64,000 bases of DNA from Candidatus Freyarchaeum deiterrae (GCA_037305845.1 CP147778.1:2464001-2528000), one strand, 5' to 3'. Shown: positions 10,801 to 19,495, counted from the first letter of the stretch. The notes: a model not told the origin generated them from the letters alone. Translations and numbers: made by a program.

Positions 10801-11107
10801 CGGTAGCTTCAGCTTCAAGAACCCAACCCCTATAGTAGCGGATAAATCTACTCCTTTTGTAATATTCGATCTAAACATCACAGTCAAAGATTATGCAGGA
10901 AATACTAAAACAATAATAGTAATTGTATTGGCTCTTAATCCTAATTTTGATGAGTATACAGAATCTATGATCTTAGGATATGATTATTCGAAATTTTACG
11001 TAATGAATCAACTAATTCAAGACTTACTCCTCACTCCTGACTTTTGGCAAATAGTTCTTGTAAATGCGGGTGCAATATTCATGGCTATATTGGCCTTTCT
11101 CGCCTAA
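4838..11107 (+). CDS. Very large (~2,090 aa) cell-surface protein: three long tandem repeats, a DNRLRE-like insert and two Ig-like domains
   Basis: N-terminal signal/TM segment; N/T/S/Y/W-rich; repeated motifs GNEPFT, FNTNDEPYL, FDYILTG and IRQMDGY; hydrophobic C-terminus. ATG 4838 preferred over TTG 4799. Confidence 0.85.
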   Translation: MSVKNCLKRYKKSALGLIVISIFLLSLYIPVFYFSQISNNPLINIPPNYLLNNNVNSKDSTNGQSVSNTVDVYGYDSNNNLLYVYANPWTYSYLGQGDQIRITLTHTIQNRNVKYIVIVHPYSMGWKFESNSSGTVVPINWTTGNGGQCTCIKDFTDPVTVTWIANTTYTYSGITFTSGNEPITYTGNPIITRNGSTLRFQFRDGVWTDTRFILPGDPEMNCFSAVSINSGSNPDYANTPWSSTEYSNGRNDDNAGNHYEQTAADWSSSLVWNRYVANLSWFSGQDGETARLLNDIIYSFKGYTQLQGTNLWGTLFYKDNSGTWHAMASLPNPNQATLLIPSSTITSNVNGLLQNDQTLVFGAGASAQSFTWPNYACFWGYWYITGYTIVDSDTTLYVNQVKAQVDYNWHYTWANLTYHGTSFNTNDYPWLFIKYKSSSTNNWNFWLTNGGNDKAAKPLSLVGTNGQWNTVKVNISDIIGGGIYDGFHLEKNYNDQFKNDWIEFDYVLTGREVEVNSLNQNGTSNLTVSAADGNQNLGTTNNPLNVSGSIRQMDGYDNPFIPDSSQLGCTLELWKDGVQKVCSDTVYNSNSNFVYSIVTGDSQPLSTGSYTVKIKPHWTNPRYPDVELNFSLYPLTVSDTDWRTGNGTVEVIEKVGANYYTYNDAWQYRYAPDGTIQTRIMHNLENEAADYLLVGYKDGWNLNETLLKGGTLSPYPDDFSSFRIQAGSDDWNYTSTTYSTVKSSVYLGTDYSGTAYSAGFRWPLSIPHGSTILSSTLTLTALNRSSLYPFTTNIRLYDQDNCSSPDSSIQTWNTTGDVLWTLNNWIPGEEYTSPDITSLVQSFIDRSGYIPGKYTGLVLDAGNSTTGIYRSAYTYDNRQDWSARLDIKYVNPTYTNYYWIQEPATHTMITFDVNQTLAYNGINVVTGNEPFTIFGNPQALELSGNTFTFAPIKQNYNVTDTLSSYTKSDIGYNTYTPPYGFESVFMPIGQPSSLQNTDKNYYYQGSFGVSSNIVYLKGYINPANYMNLADWKCTQIDLNYTGHAIASGSTTDYNSRNYSWNYWTQQWSWDGSKIPTGSSDISRSTTWIAGNSGAPSEFNDTVGMGVLAYSTWASNNIGVGCSIEMWSDLFSGTCHFESRYSSLRYDCSPFNTNDEPYLIVRYRTSSGTPQNWSFYLTSGDNRTAYLIPLSSSTNWNTSIINIKDGNTYDGFFLNSSDWGQSIQFDYILTGHLMEVNSLNQTGDPVLQVYEENPTSIPGSSNNPLHVNGTIRQMDGYSNPTSNLSCTLELWMGGLFGSPYNVVNNVNGAFDCTINNLGSQLSDGNVYTVIIKSPYGENPHYSDANLSFCVKVDSSNNYQIVTLDSQSIIQVIEENSSGYYTYNDPLVCQYVNRETQINITHTLKNNGVEYLLVGYRSGWNLNSATTSGQPTLPLVPYQDANMRNYYWINTTSLKLGSQINVTFDSNQTFTYNGVNVVTDNGINLVTGNEPFTVVGAPNSLTLDGNNVTFSAIKLNDVIITDTLLSFHREITGKDSGSLTGFSSTSFIPLSPSAMQSVSASDNTYYSQTASSINYNGVETQNSEVFIKGFINPTDYGVDLNYWKCYQISVSYSGKAGVTYPGSMPSSSSSCGYQFFVWGYWDPQDWNHTSDMNMIGAFNTGDQFVSKQFNAGNIVTGGEFIGPVGLGVDAYFFNNNVSTVNMYNDQLQGTCYYAQKYASMSYYSDPFNTINEPYLIVKYRTSSNYNPTNWNFYLSSQDNKIAKLITSLSGSTQWNTSVIPIPGSQDGNTYNGFFLNSSDWGQWIQFDYILTGHPQVNSPSPTQSNGNLNVTITNPTMGSTVNYGVVWINGTYNSTGSNIAQITINDTRFGLMQPSIGGSNYGTSGIYSFRASCIPASEFGVEVTVEDVTGNMGTAARHVAVVDMENPTINLNSHIDNSPESLYTSSFIKNDIVWINGTFNGTGSPIRSITINDSRFVLVERDNTDPNGITGSFSFKNPTPIVADKSTPFVIFDLNITVKDYAGNTKTIIVIVLALNPNFDEYTESMILGYDYSKFYVMNQLIQDLLLTPDFWQIVLVNAGAIFMAILAFLA

Positions 11108-11253
11108 AGTATCAGCGAGATATTGTAGATTTATTCATTATTCTACAATCTGCGTTTTTAAAAAGGTAGATGTTACTAATTGGGAATCAGTTAATAACAT
11201 GTTTGATGGCTCAAAATGTTTTTGGTTTGTCTGAAAAAATAAAATAGAAGATT

Positions 11254-11940
11254 TTATTCTAATAAAATCTTTGCTGCTTTCACTCTAATTTCTTTGGTTT
11301 TCCGTTCTCGTATTGCTTCGAAAGTGTTGTCAACGGATACGCTGCCATCCTTTTTCCTAACCAAACATCCGCCGGTTGCATCTATTGTTTCTTTTGAAAC
11401 TGTTATGCTTGTTGGATTTTTGGTTTCAGTTTCCACATTTTTAGCTACTGAAGAAGCGTTGGACAAGTATTTGCTGTGTCCCTCTGGTAGGAGAACTTCT
11501 AACTCTCCGCCGCCTATACTTACTGCTGCGCCTTGTACCAATCTTTCCAGTATTTTGGAATAATCTTTTGAGGAGGTTAACTCTTTTAGCTTTTCGTTAG
11601 CCTTTTCGAACGCCGTTTCGATTAGTTGTTCTTGTGCTTTGGTTTTTCTTTGTTTCGCCTTGAGTTTTGCTTCCGCCAGTCTTCTTCGCTTGTATCTCTC
11701 AGCTTCTTCCTTTCCTCTTTTGGTTATTTCATCAACCTTTTTTTCTGTTTTGCCTGTAGCCTCTTCCTCGATTTGCTTTGCTTTTACTTCGGCTTCCTCA
11801 ATTATTGCTTTCGCTTTTTCTTCTGCTTCTTCTTCGATTTTGCTTTTGATTTTCTTTAATCGCTCCATTTCCGGTTCTTCAATGCCTTCTTCTATTACTT
11901 CTTCTTCGCCTTTGACTGCTTCTTTGTCTGCTGCCTTCAT
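11254..11940 (-). CDS. atpE: A/V-type ATP synthase subunit E
   Basis: N-terminal coiled coil; C-terminal GGCLV..DG.VSVDNTFEA motif. Confidence 0.92.
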   Translation of the reverse strand: MKAADKEAVKGEEEVIEEGIEEPEMERLKKIKSKIEEEAEEKAKAIIEEAEVKAKQIEEEATGKTEKKVDEITKRGKEEAERYKRRRLAEAKLKAKQRKTKAQEQLIETAFEKANEKLKELTSSKDYSKILERLVQGAAVSIGGGELEVLLPEGHSKYLSNASSVAKNVETETKNPTSITVSKETIDATGGCLVRKKDGSVSVDNTFEAIRERKTKEIRVKAAKILLE

Positions 11941-11941
11941 T

Positions 11942-12280
11942 TTATCGTCCCCCGATTATTGCTTCCACAATTACTTGGGCTGCTTCTTCTATTTTTTTTG
12001 ACTTTTCTGATATTATGTTCTCTGCTTCCTTCTCAGATTCGCTATCGATCTTTTTAACCTCTTCGTTCACTGTTTTTTCTGCTTTTTTCATCATTTTTTC
12101 GACTTCTTTTTCAGCCGAGCTGACCCTTTCTTTAAGTAATTCGTCTCTTTTTTTCATTGCACTATTTTCTATTGTTTGTGCTTCGATCTCTGCTGAGGCG
12201 ATTTTTTTGTCTGCTGCCTCTTCAGCACTTCTGATAACTTTAAGAACATCCGAAGCCATTGCACTCACCTCAAAGCTCAC
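11942..12280 (-). CDS. atpH: A/V-type ATP synthase peripheral stalk subunit H/G
   Basis: Fully charged coiled coil (VLKVIRSAEEAAD...EEAAQVIVEAI), directly upstream of atpE. Confidence 0.8.
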   Translation of the reverse strand: MSFEVSAMASDVLKVIRSAEEAADKKIASAEIEAQTIENSAMKKRDELLKERVSSAEKEVEKMMKKAEKTVNEEVKKIDSESEKEAENIISEKSKKIEEAAQVIVEAIIGGR

Positions 12281-12604
12281 TGTATTTTTTCAAGTCTGAA
12301 GTATTACCTTTAAATATTTAACAATAACGCTACCTCTTATCCTAAAAACAGGTATCTTTGCGAATAATTATTCATACCAGCTCCCAAAAGGATTAATTAC
12401 ACTAGCAATAATGGAAAACAAGTACTGGATTAACCCTTAAGCGCATCAATGGCGCCTAGTTTTCAGCATACTATCTCCTGAGATATGAGATGAAAACTTT
12501 TCTCAGGTCGAGAATGAAATTCCCTCTCTAACAGAGAGCATACTCTCCAGTCTGCAATCTTCAATTACATCAAGCTATCTCATACTTGTAAAAGTCTGCA
12601 AAAA

Positions 12605-12612
12605 TTATATAT
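12605..12612 (+). promoter_or_regulatory. Putative TATA box for atpI
   Basis: gcaaaaaTTATATAT about 70 nt upstream of ATG 12681. Confidence 0.4.
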
Positions 12613-12680
12613 ATTCGAAGCTTCAACCGTAGAATACTTCTAGTTACATTATCAGATAACAACTTTCAAAGGGACTTACG

Positions 12681-15155
12681 ATGCAATTCTCCGTAGCTGA
12701 AATGGGCATTATAAAAATTATCTGCCATAAAGATTATGAACGCGACTTGATGCGTTGCCTACATGAGATAGGAAACGTAGAACTCATAGACGTAATGGAA
12801 CAGCGTACTTCTACAGCTATCGAGCTTTCTGAACAGGAGCAGTCTGTTTACAAGGTCTTAAGCGACATACAAAGAGAGGTTGATTACCTCGAATTAACCC
12901 AGTATATTCCTGGTATAGCGGCTAAAATACGTCCAAAAAAGCGTTATCTACTTGACGATAGAAAATTAGATAAAATACTCGATATGTCTGAAAAGACCTT
13001 AAGTAAGGTTGAGCCGAAAGTACAGTCCCTAAGCCAAGAATTATTACAAACGCGGCAGAGTTTAGACCAGCAATACACAATATTCAAAGTAGCAGAGACC
13101 CTTGCCCCCCTAGATATTGCCATATCTCAACTAGGCCCGGGAAGATACGTTTACGCAGTAGCGGGGACGGTGCCAACCGTTAGATCTGGAACATTAAAAT
13201 GGCGTATCAAAGAAGTGACAGAGGGTAACTATGTATTCCGTTCCGAAAGCATAGCTGGAGGGCGGGACGTAGTCTTCATCGCGATACTAAACCAGTACCG
13301 AGGAGTGGTTGAAAGAATTCTCACCGCTTTTGGCTTCGAAGAGTTCAAAGTGCCTCCAGATGTTAAAGGCAGTTTACAGGATATAATGACAAAGACACAG
13401 GCAAAAATAAAAAAATTAGAAGAAGACCTCGAAAACCTAGAAAAAAAACGCATGGATCTAACCAAAGAGTGGGGATTCCAATTACTTATTTGCAGAGAAC
13501 AGCTAGAAATCGAAAGAGACCGCATAGATGCTAAAAAGTACCTCCGGATAACTAAATCAACTATAGAAGTTTGGGGGTGGGTACCCCTCAAAGCAGCCAA
13601 AAAGCTAACGAATGCCATTGATAATGTTACAGAAAAGACCGCCATAATTGAGGTAACAAAAAATCCTCCCACCAAAGAAGAGCCCCCCTCAAAAATGGTA
13701 AATAACAGAACTTTTAGTCCATACCAAAAACTGGTAAAAGGTTTTGGTATACCGAACTACCATGAAATAGACCCAACAAAACTCATGACTCTAAGCCTTC
13801 CGTTCTTCTTCGGACTTATGTTTCCAGACGTAGCCCACGGAGCCATACTGACCGTATTTGCACTCGCAATGCTCGCCTTGAGACTAAAAAGGCCAGCAGT
13901 CAGCGGGATTTCAGCCTACATATACGAAGGAGCAGGACTACTGTTTCTTTGTGGACTTTTTGCAATGCTCTTTGGGTTCATTTTCGGCGAAGTGTTTGGG
14001 TCAACCAGTATCATTAATCCTCTATGGTTCTATCCGTTCGGAACAGCCGATGGAAACTTCAGACTCCTAAGACTATCCATAGTTATCGGAGTAATCACAA
14101 TTACAGCCGGATTTTTAGTAAAATTTAGTAACCTAGTAAGGAACGGTAAGAGAAAACTGGCGGTCTTCCAGCCACTGATGCTCATAATTTTCTACATAGG
14201 CGCATTCCTAATCATATACAGCGATGAATATAGCGTAAACTTCACAGGATGGGGGTCCCCCTGGGGAACTGTAATTACTAGGTTACAATCAGCGATGCTA
14301 GATCCAAATTATACTACACCACCATCGTGGTTCACACAAAGTCAGTGGGACTACTTGAGATTCGCATGGGCGACAACACCCTTCTACAACACAACTATAA
14401 GACCCCTAAAAGCACTAGAACCCATAGGTGTTGGAACCTACATAATAGATACAAATCTATGGCACATATGGTCGTTGATAGCCCAGTTTCAATACATCAA
14501 CACTGGTGATAAAACACTAGTAAACACTTTAACTAGTATTCAGCAATTTGTTGTATTCAATACAACATCTTGGTCGCCTGCTATTAGCTTACCACCTATC
14601 CAATTTCTCACCTACGGACTTGTCTTGCTTCCTCTGCTTGTTTCGCTTATTGGCACCATACGCCTGGCTCACGACCGAATGGAAGGAGTCTCAGAGCAGA
14701 TAGACTACTTAATCTCCTGCCTATCTCACTCAATATCCTTCGCACGAATTTTTGCTCTAGCGGCAGTACACGCCATCCTATCCGAAATATTCCTAGGACT
14801 ACCTGGTCCACCCTTACTGACGAATACATATAGCTTAACAGCATTAACATCTGGGACAACAGCAGTTGCCTTTCCAGCTGTGGCCGCCGAGTCGCTACTT
14901 TGGGCTGGGGTGGGCGCTATTCTGATAGTTGGGTTAGAAGGACTATTGGGCTTCATGAATAGCTTGCGACTTCATTGGGTGGAGTTCTTCACCAAGTTTT
15001 ACGTTGGCGATGGAAGAGAATTCGCTCCCTTTACTTCGTCTCGTCAACTAACCAGAGTGGAAAGAACTTTCGAAGCACCTGTCTATGAAAAAGAGATTAC
15101 GGTGAAGGCTAGCGGTTCTAAAGGAAGCAGATTTAGACGCAAAGCTCAGAGCTGA
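12681..15155 (+). CDS. atpI: A/V-type ATP synthase subunit I (a), with a large extracellular insertion
   Basis: P.Y.EIDPT, FFGLMFPDVAHG, SHSISFARIFAL (essential Arg) and LRLHWVEFFTKFY motifs. Confidence 0.95.
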   Translation: MQFSVAEMGIIKIICHKDYERDLMRCLHEIGNVELIDVMEQRTSTAIELSEQEQSVYKVLSDIQREVDYLELTQYIPGIAAKIRPKKRYLLDDRKLDKILDMSEKTLSKVEPKVQSLSQELLQTRQSLDQQYTIFKVAETLAPLDIAISQLGPGRYVYAVAGTVPTVRSGTLKWRIKEVTEGNYVFRSESIAGGRDVVFIAILNQYRGVVERILTAFGFEEFKVPPDVKGSLQDIMTKTQAKIKKLEEDLENLEKKRMDLTKEWGFQLLICREQLEIERDRIDAKKYLRITKSTIEVWGWVPLKAAKKLTNAIDNVTEKTAIIEVTKNPPTKEEPPSKMVNNRTFSPYQKLVKGFGIPNYHEIDPTKLMTLSLPFFFGLMFPDVAHGAILTVFALAMLALRLKRPAVSGISAYIYEGAGLLFLCGLFAMLFGFIFGEVFGSTSIINPLWFYPFGTADGNFRLLRLSIVIGVITITAGFLVKFSNLVRNGKRKLAVFQPLMLIIFYIGAFLIIYSDEYSVNFTGWGSPWGTVITRLQSAMLDPNYTTPPSWFTQSQWDYLRFAWATTPFYNTTIRPLKALEPIGVGTYIIDTNLWHIWSLIAQFQYINTGDKTLVNTLTSIQQFVVFNTTSWSPAISLPPIQFLTYGLVLLPLLVSLIGTIRLAHDRMEGVSEQIDYLISCLSHSISFARIFALAAVHAILSEIFLGLPGPPLLTNTYSLTALTSGTTAVAFPAVAAESLLWAGVGAILIVGLEGLLGFMNSLRLHWVEFFTKFYVGDGREFAPFTSSRQLTRVERTFEAPVYEKEITVKASGSKGSRFRRKAQS

Positions 15156-15222
15156 TCAGACACCCTTTCTCTACTCCTTTTTTTATGTAATGCTCAAGCT
15201 AATCCAAATTTTCTTTTTATTA

Positions 15223-15573
15223 CTATTCTTTTCGAGTTTTTGGATCCTTTACAAGTGTCCTCTTCAACTTTTTTTGTTTCCGTTTTGGTTTTTTATCCTT
15301 CAAAGCTTCTTTTTTGAGTTTATAAAGCTGGTACACGAGCAGAGCTTGGAGAATAATCAAGAAAAATAGGAGTGTTAAACCAATTATATCAAGTTGTTGA
15401 AAGGGAATCGGCGTGGGTAGAAGGTTTAAGCGCCCCCACCAATTATTATTTATGAAATTCAAGTTTATAATAACAAGCCACAAAATCGGAAAAAAAATAA
15501 GGTAACCGACCGCCTTCTGAAGATTGGAAAGCCTTCTGGCCCTTACTTTCGCCTTTTCAAGTTCAGACATCAA
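15223..15573 (-). CDS. Hypothetical two-TM membrane protein with basic tail
   Basis: 116-aa ORF with two hydrophobic segments. Confidence 0.6.
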   Translation of the reverse strand: MMSELEKAKVRARRLSNLQKAVGYLIFFPILWLVIINLNFINNNWWGRLNLLPTPIPFQQLDIIGLTLLFFLIILQALLVYQLYKLKKEALKDKKPKRKQKKLKRTLVKDPKTRKE

Positions 15574-15701
15574 ATCACACTCATTTATCCTGAAATAGGA
15601 TGCCTGCAGCTATAAAAAAATTTACGCATATAAAAAATGACTAGAAACCCTCTTTTTACTACCTTTCTTCTTCGCCTGAAGTAATCACATTTTAAACTGC
15701 T

Positions 15702-16868
15702 TTATATTAAAGCTTTGACTGCTTCTTCTAGGTCGTTAATTGTTAACTGAAACATGGGAAATATTCTGGAGATAGTGTTTATTGTCCATCCGGAGTGACC
15801 TGCCGGATTTATCCAGACCGCCTTTTTGAAATGGTCTCGCAAGCGGGTGAGCCACACAATGCCCGGTGTTTCGTCTGTGTCAACGGGATAAAAATAAATT
15901 GCGCCGCCTGGCTCCATCAGTTCAGCAGGATGCATGTTCGCGTCTCCTACGATGATGAGCTTGTAATTCTTATCATACTTCTGCATTAAATCCGCCGTGG
16001 CAACCATTGTGGAGTTCAATTGCGCCATGTCCTTATAGACGTATTGATAGACACAATTGTGGAAGTAAAAGTACTGAAAATCCTTAAAGAATTTCAGGGA
16101 GTGCGCTGCCGAAAAGAGTTGATTCACGAGGTCGGAGTAAGGATCCATGGAACCTCCAGTATCCATTAGAAGAAGAACCTTCACGCGGTTTTTCCGTTCC
16201 GGATGAAATATGAGTTCCAATTCCCCGGCGTTCTTACACGTTTCATCAATCGTATCCTCAAGACACAACTCATCCGGCACACCGACCCGTTTAAACAGCC
16301 GCAGTTTTTTAAGAGCCATCTGAATCTGGCGAATGTCCAGAGTCAAGTCATGTCGATAGTTCTGATACCGACGCTCCAGAGCATACTTCATAGCCGTGCC
16401 GCTCCCTCTCCGGTCACCGAAACTAATTCCCGTAGGATGAGCACCGCGAACTCCAAAGGGAGATGTTCCACCAGTACCAATCCACTTATCGCCCCCATCA
16501 TGTCGCTCCTTCTGCTCCTTGAGCCGCTCTTCAAGAAGCCTTCGAAGCTCCTCCACATTCAAGTGCTTCAGGAACTCCAGCTCTTCGGGCGAGAGATACT
16601 TCTGATTACGCGGATTCTCAAGCCACTTAAGAAACTCCTCATCTATCGTGAGAGACCCTTCCACGTCCCTAAAATACTGAGCAAAACACTGATCAAAAGC
16701 ATCAAAATAACACTCGTTTTTCACGAGCAGGGCACGGGTTAGGAAATAAAAATCATTGAACCTACAGTTGTGAAGCCCCTTCGAGAGAGCTTCCATGTAG
16801 GTAAGCCACTCGGTAATCGTAACAGGGATCTTATTCTGCTTCAAAAGGAAAAAGAAATCGATGAGCAA
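15702..16868 (-). CDS. VWA-domain CoxE-like partner of MoxR ATPase
   Basis: WIGTGGTSPFG, MIDAS-like LLMDTGGSMDP, YFHNC and IVGDA.M.P.EL motifs. Confidence 0.9.
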   Translation of the reverse strand: MLIDFFFLLKQNKIPVTITEWLTYMEALSKGLHNCRFNDFYFLTRALLVKNECYFDAFDQCFAQYFRDVEGSLTIDEEFLKWLENPRNQKYLSPEELEFLKHLNVEELRRLLEERLKEQKERHDGGDKWIGTGGTSPFGVRGAHPTGISFGDRRGSGTAMKYALERRYQNYRHDLTLDIRQIQMALKKLRLFKRVGVPDELCLEDTIDETCKNAGELELIFHPERKNRVKVLLLMDTGGSMDPYSDLVNQLFSAAHSLKFFKDFQYFYFHNCVYQYVYKDMAQLNSTMVATADLMQKYDKNYKLIIVGDANMHPAELMEPGGAIYFYPVDTDETPGIVWLTRLRDHFKKAVWINPAGHSGWTINTISRIFPMFQLTINDLEEAVKALI

Positions 16869-17750
16869 CTAATAATATCTCCTGCGATTTGTTTCCGGCG
16901 TTTCATAAGCCGCCCGCTTCTGCTGCTGTTGCTGCATTACTCGATTAAGTTCTGCGATATCCTGCTCCTTCTTGATGAGAGAACCGAGAAAAGGAATCTC
17001 CTCAGCCAATTTTCTCTCAGAAATTCCGAAACGAAGCAGCACAGCTATCCAATCAATAAGCTCACTCGTCGAGGGCTTCTTCTTCAAAGTATTAATGGAA
17101 CGAATCTCATAGAACTTTTTCAAAACCTGATTAAGAAGATTCTCTTCCAAGTTTGGATGATGAACATTCACAATCCTACGCATCAGTTCCTCATCCGGAA
17201 ACTCTATGTAATGAAACACACACCGACGGAGAAAAGCATCTGGCAACTCCTTCTCATTGTTACTAGTGATAACAACAATGGGCCGGGTTTTCGCCTTAAT
17301 CTCTCTTCCCGTTTCTATAATCCTAAACGACATCTCGTCAAGCTCATTTAAGAGATCGTTTGGAAATTCTATATCAGCTTTGTCAATTTCATCGATTAGG
17401 AGGACTAATTGTTCGTCGGAATCAAATGCTTGACCCAACTCTCCCAATTTGATGTAGCTTTCGATATTTGAAACGTCTTTGTCACCAAAGCGGCTGTCAT
17501 TCAGACGCTGAACCGTATCGTATACGTAAAGTCCATCCTTCGCTTTGGTCGTAGACTTTATGTTCCAAACAAGCAACTTTTTGTTCAAAGCCTTTGCAAC
17601 GCTCTTCGCCAGAAGCGTTTTTCCCGTCCCGGGTTCACCTCGAACCAGCAAAGGGCGTCCAAGTGTAACTGATGCATTAACAATATTTGCAAGTTCCTCC
17701 GATGCGATGTAATCATCAGAACCTTCATAAATTTTAGCTGTTTCAGTCAA
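16869..17750 (-). CDS. MoxR-family AAA+ ATPase
   Basis: GEPGTGKT, LLIDEIDKAD, TSNNEKELPDAFLRRC and KKPSTSELIDW motifs. Confidence 0.95.
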   Translation of the reverse strand: MTETAKIYEGSDDYIASEELANIVNASVTLGRPLLVRGEPGTGKTLLAKSVAKALNKKLLVWNIKSTTKAKDGLYVYDTVQRLNDSRFGDKDVSNIESYIKLGELGQAFDSDEQLVLLIDEIDKADIEFPNDLLNELDEMSFRIIETGREIKAKTRPIVVITSNNEKELPDAFLRRCVFHYIEFPDEELMRRIVNVHHPNLEENLLNQVLKKFYEIRSINTLKKKPSTSELIDWIAVLLRFGISERKLAEEIPFLGSLIKKEQDIAELNRVMQQQQQKRAAYETPETNRRRYY

Positions 17751-17935
17751 ATTTCTCTACCAGCGACGGTCATTAATAATAAGTGATAATTAACAATCAT
17801 TAAAATTCGATTTAAATTTTTTCTACACCAAACTCTCAGAAAAATAACAATAAATGAGAAATGCGTACACACGGTGTGCAATTCAACTCTTACAAAAAGG
17901 GGCACTTTTGGTGCTGATAAAGATAAAGAAATTTT

Positions 17936-18061
17936 TTATTCTGCGTCTAGAAATATGAGCATTCCGAATAATTCACCCTTTTCGATTTCAATGTTCAGCT
18001 TGTCCACTGCGGTGAGACTTTTGAATTTCTTAGTTAAATCTTTTGTTTTGATTACGGACAA
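17936..18061 (-). pseudogene. Truncated ABC transporter ATP-binding gene (41-codon remnant)
   Basis: Manual translation gives MSVIKTKDLTKKFKSLTAVDKLNIEIEKGELFGMLIFLDAE*, preceded by a GGAGG SD. It stops just before the expected Walker A. Confidence 0.75.
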
Positions 18062-18646
18062 CTTGGTACGTCTACCTCCTATTGGTCTCCTTTGTTTGCT
18101 AAACGACGATGCATAGGAGGCTTTTAAGGTTTGAAATTTGCTTCTATTAAATTCAACTTCTGAACTTTGAACCTTTTATTTGGGGGTGCTCTAATACTTT
18201 CATTTATTTTTTTTTCAATCAGTTATTTTCTATTAACTAGATATTTATACAATTAATAATTTTATAATTTTAGTTTTTTATTTTATTAATAATATGTTCT
18301 TTAAAAAAATGTATCAAACCAAACGTTTAAATTGTTTGAGAAAGAAGTAATAATCAAGCTGTTATAAGGAAGACAGCCCGGAGATAAAACTAGGTGAGGA
18401 GGGGTCCCTTACTTATCTCTTACTAAAGAAACAATTCAACCACAAAATTAGTTCAAAATTACAGAACTAAAATTTATCAGAACTCTTTTAGACCTGATTC
18501 AAATTTCAGATAATAGAATCATTTTGCTAGATTCCAATTAAATTTTAACATACTCCTGCTGAAACATGAGCAAGTTTTTTGGTCGAAAAGGCTTTATTAG
18601 ATTTCGCGCTTATAATATAACTCACAAACATAATGGGTGGTATGAA

Positions 18647-19495
18647 TTGTCTAGTAAACCTTGTTACATGCTTATGCTTCAAATTGAACGCGGAGATAAG
18701 GTTCCCATCCCATTCAGACAAGAAAACCTGTCTGACGATAAGATTATTGCACTTATAGACGAGTCTAAAAGCTCTTTATACCTCTGGGTCGGAAAAGACT
18801 CTAGTGACGTCAACAAAAGGTCGGCCACGCGTACTGCGCAATCAATAAAAAAATCGGGATTTTCATACGGGCAACTTCACATAGGACACGACCTGAAGGA
18901 CCTAAAGGTTGTCGATGCATCCAACCCGGACGATCCAGAAACCCGCAATAATCAATCAGAGTTAACCGCGATTTTCCGTCGTAAATTCACAAAGAAGGAC
19001 CAATTTGTGATGGAGATCGGAGCAAAACCACAGGCTGCCCCAGCTGTCCCGCCAGTGGAAAAGGAAGCGTACACACCGAAGCCTGAACCTAAAATTATTG
19101 CTCCTAAAAAACCTGCTTCTGTTCCGAAACCTGTTTTTGTCTCTGAGCCAGAACCGATCGCTGAGGAAGTTGAACCGACTCCGGAACCCGTAGCAACACC
19201 AAAACCAGTTATTCGCGAAGAATTACCTTCGGCTGTTGACCCAGAATTGGTTGGGCAAGTTAAACTCGGGCTTTTGACTACCATTCTAGCTACCAAATTT
19301 TCAGGTTACGTATTTAAATCCACTTTGTCCAGCGATGGGAAGCCAATATATGAGTTTTCAAGCAGTGGAGGCTCTCTTTGTAAAGTCTCTCTAGAAGGAA
19401 GCGACCTTATCATTTTCCCGGATTCCAGATTTGGCGGAATGAGAGAAGATATAGTTAAAATGCTGAAGAGTAAGGTTAGTTCCCTTAAATTATAG
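18647..19495 (+). CDS. Single gelsolin-domain protein with Pro/Glu-rich linker and C-terminal domain (Asgard-type actin regulator)
   Basis: IIALIDE....LYLWVGKDSS..NKRSA...A matches a gelsolin repeat. TTG 18647 follows a GGTGG SD (the ORF track starts at 18566). Confidence 0.7.
   Translation: MSSKPCYMLMLQIERGDKVPIPFRQENLSDDKIIALIDESKSSLYLWVGKDSSDVNKRSATRTAQSIKKSGFSYGQLHIGHDLKDLKVVDASNPDDPETRNNQSELTAIFRRKFTKKDQFVMEIGAKPQAAPAVPPVEKEAYTPKPEPKIIAPKKPASVPKPVFVSEPEPIAEEVEPTPEPVATPKPVIREELPSAVDPELVGQVKLGLLTTILATKFSGYVFKSTLSSDGKPIYEFSSSGGSLCKVSLEGSDLIIFPDSRFGGMREDIVKMLKSKVSSLKL

Noticed and set aside
12441-12538. Short hairpins in the atpH/atpI intergenic region (CCTGAGA/TCTCAGG and CTCTCT/AGAGAG)
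   Set aside because: The stems are short and match no RNA family I recognise. They may be operator sites, but there is no support for that.
17874-18116. 80-aa + strand ORF
   Set aside because: Antisense shadow of the ABC ATPase remnant.
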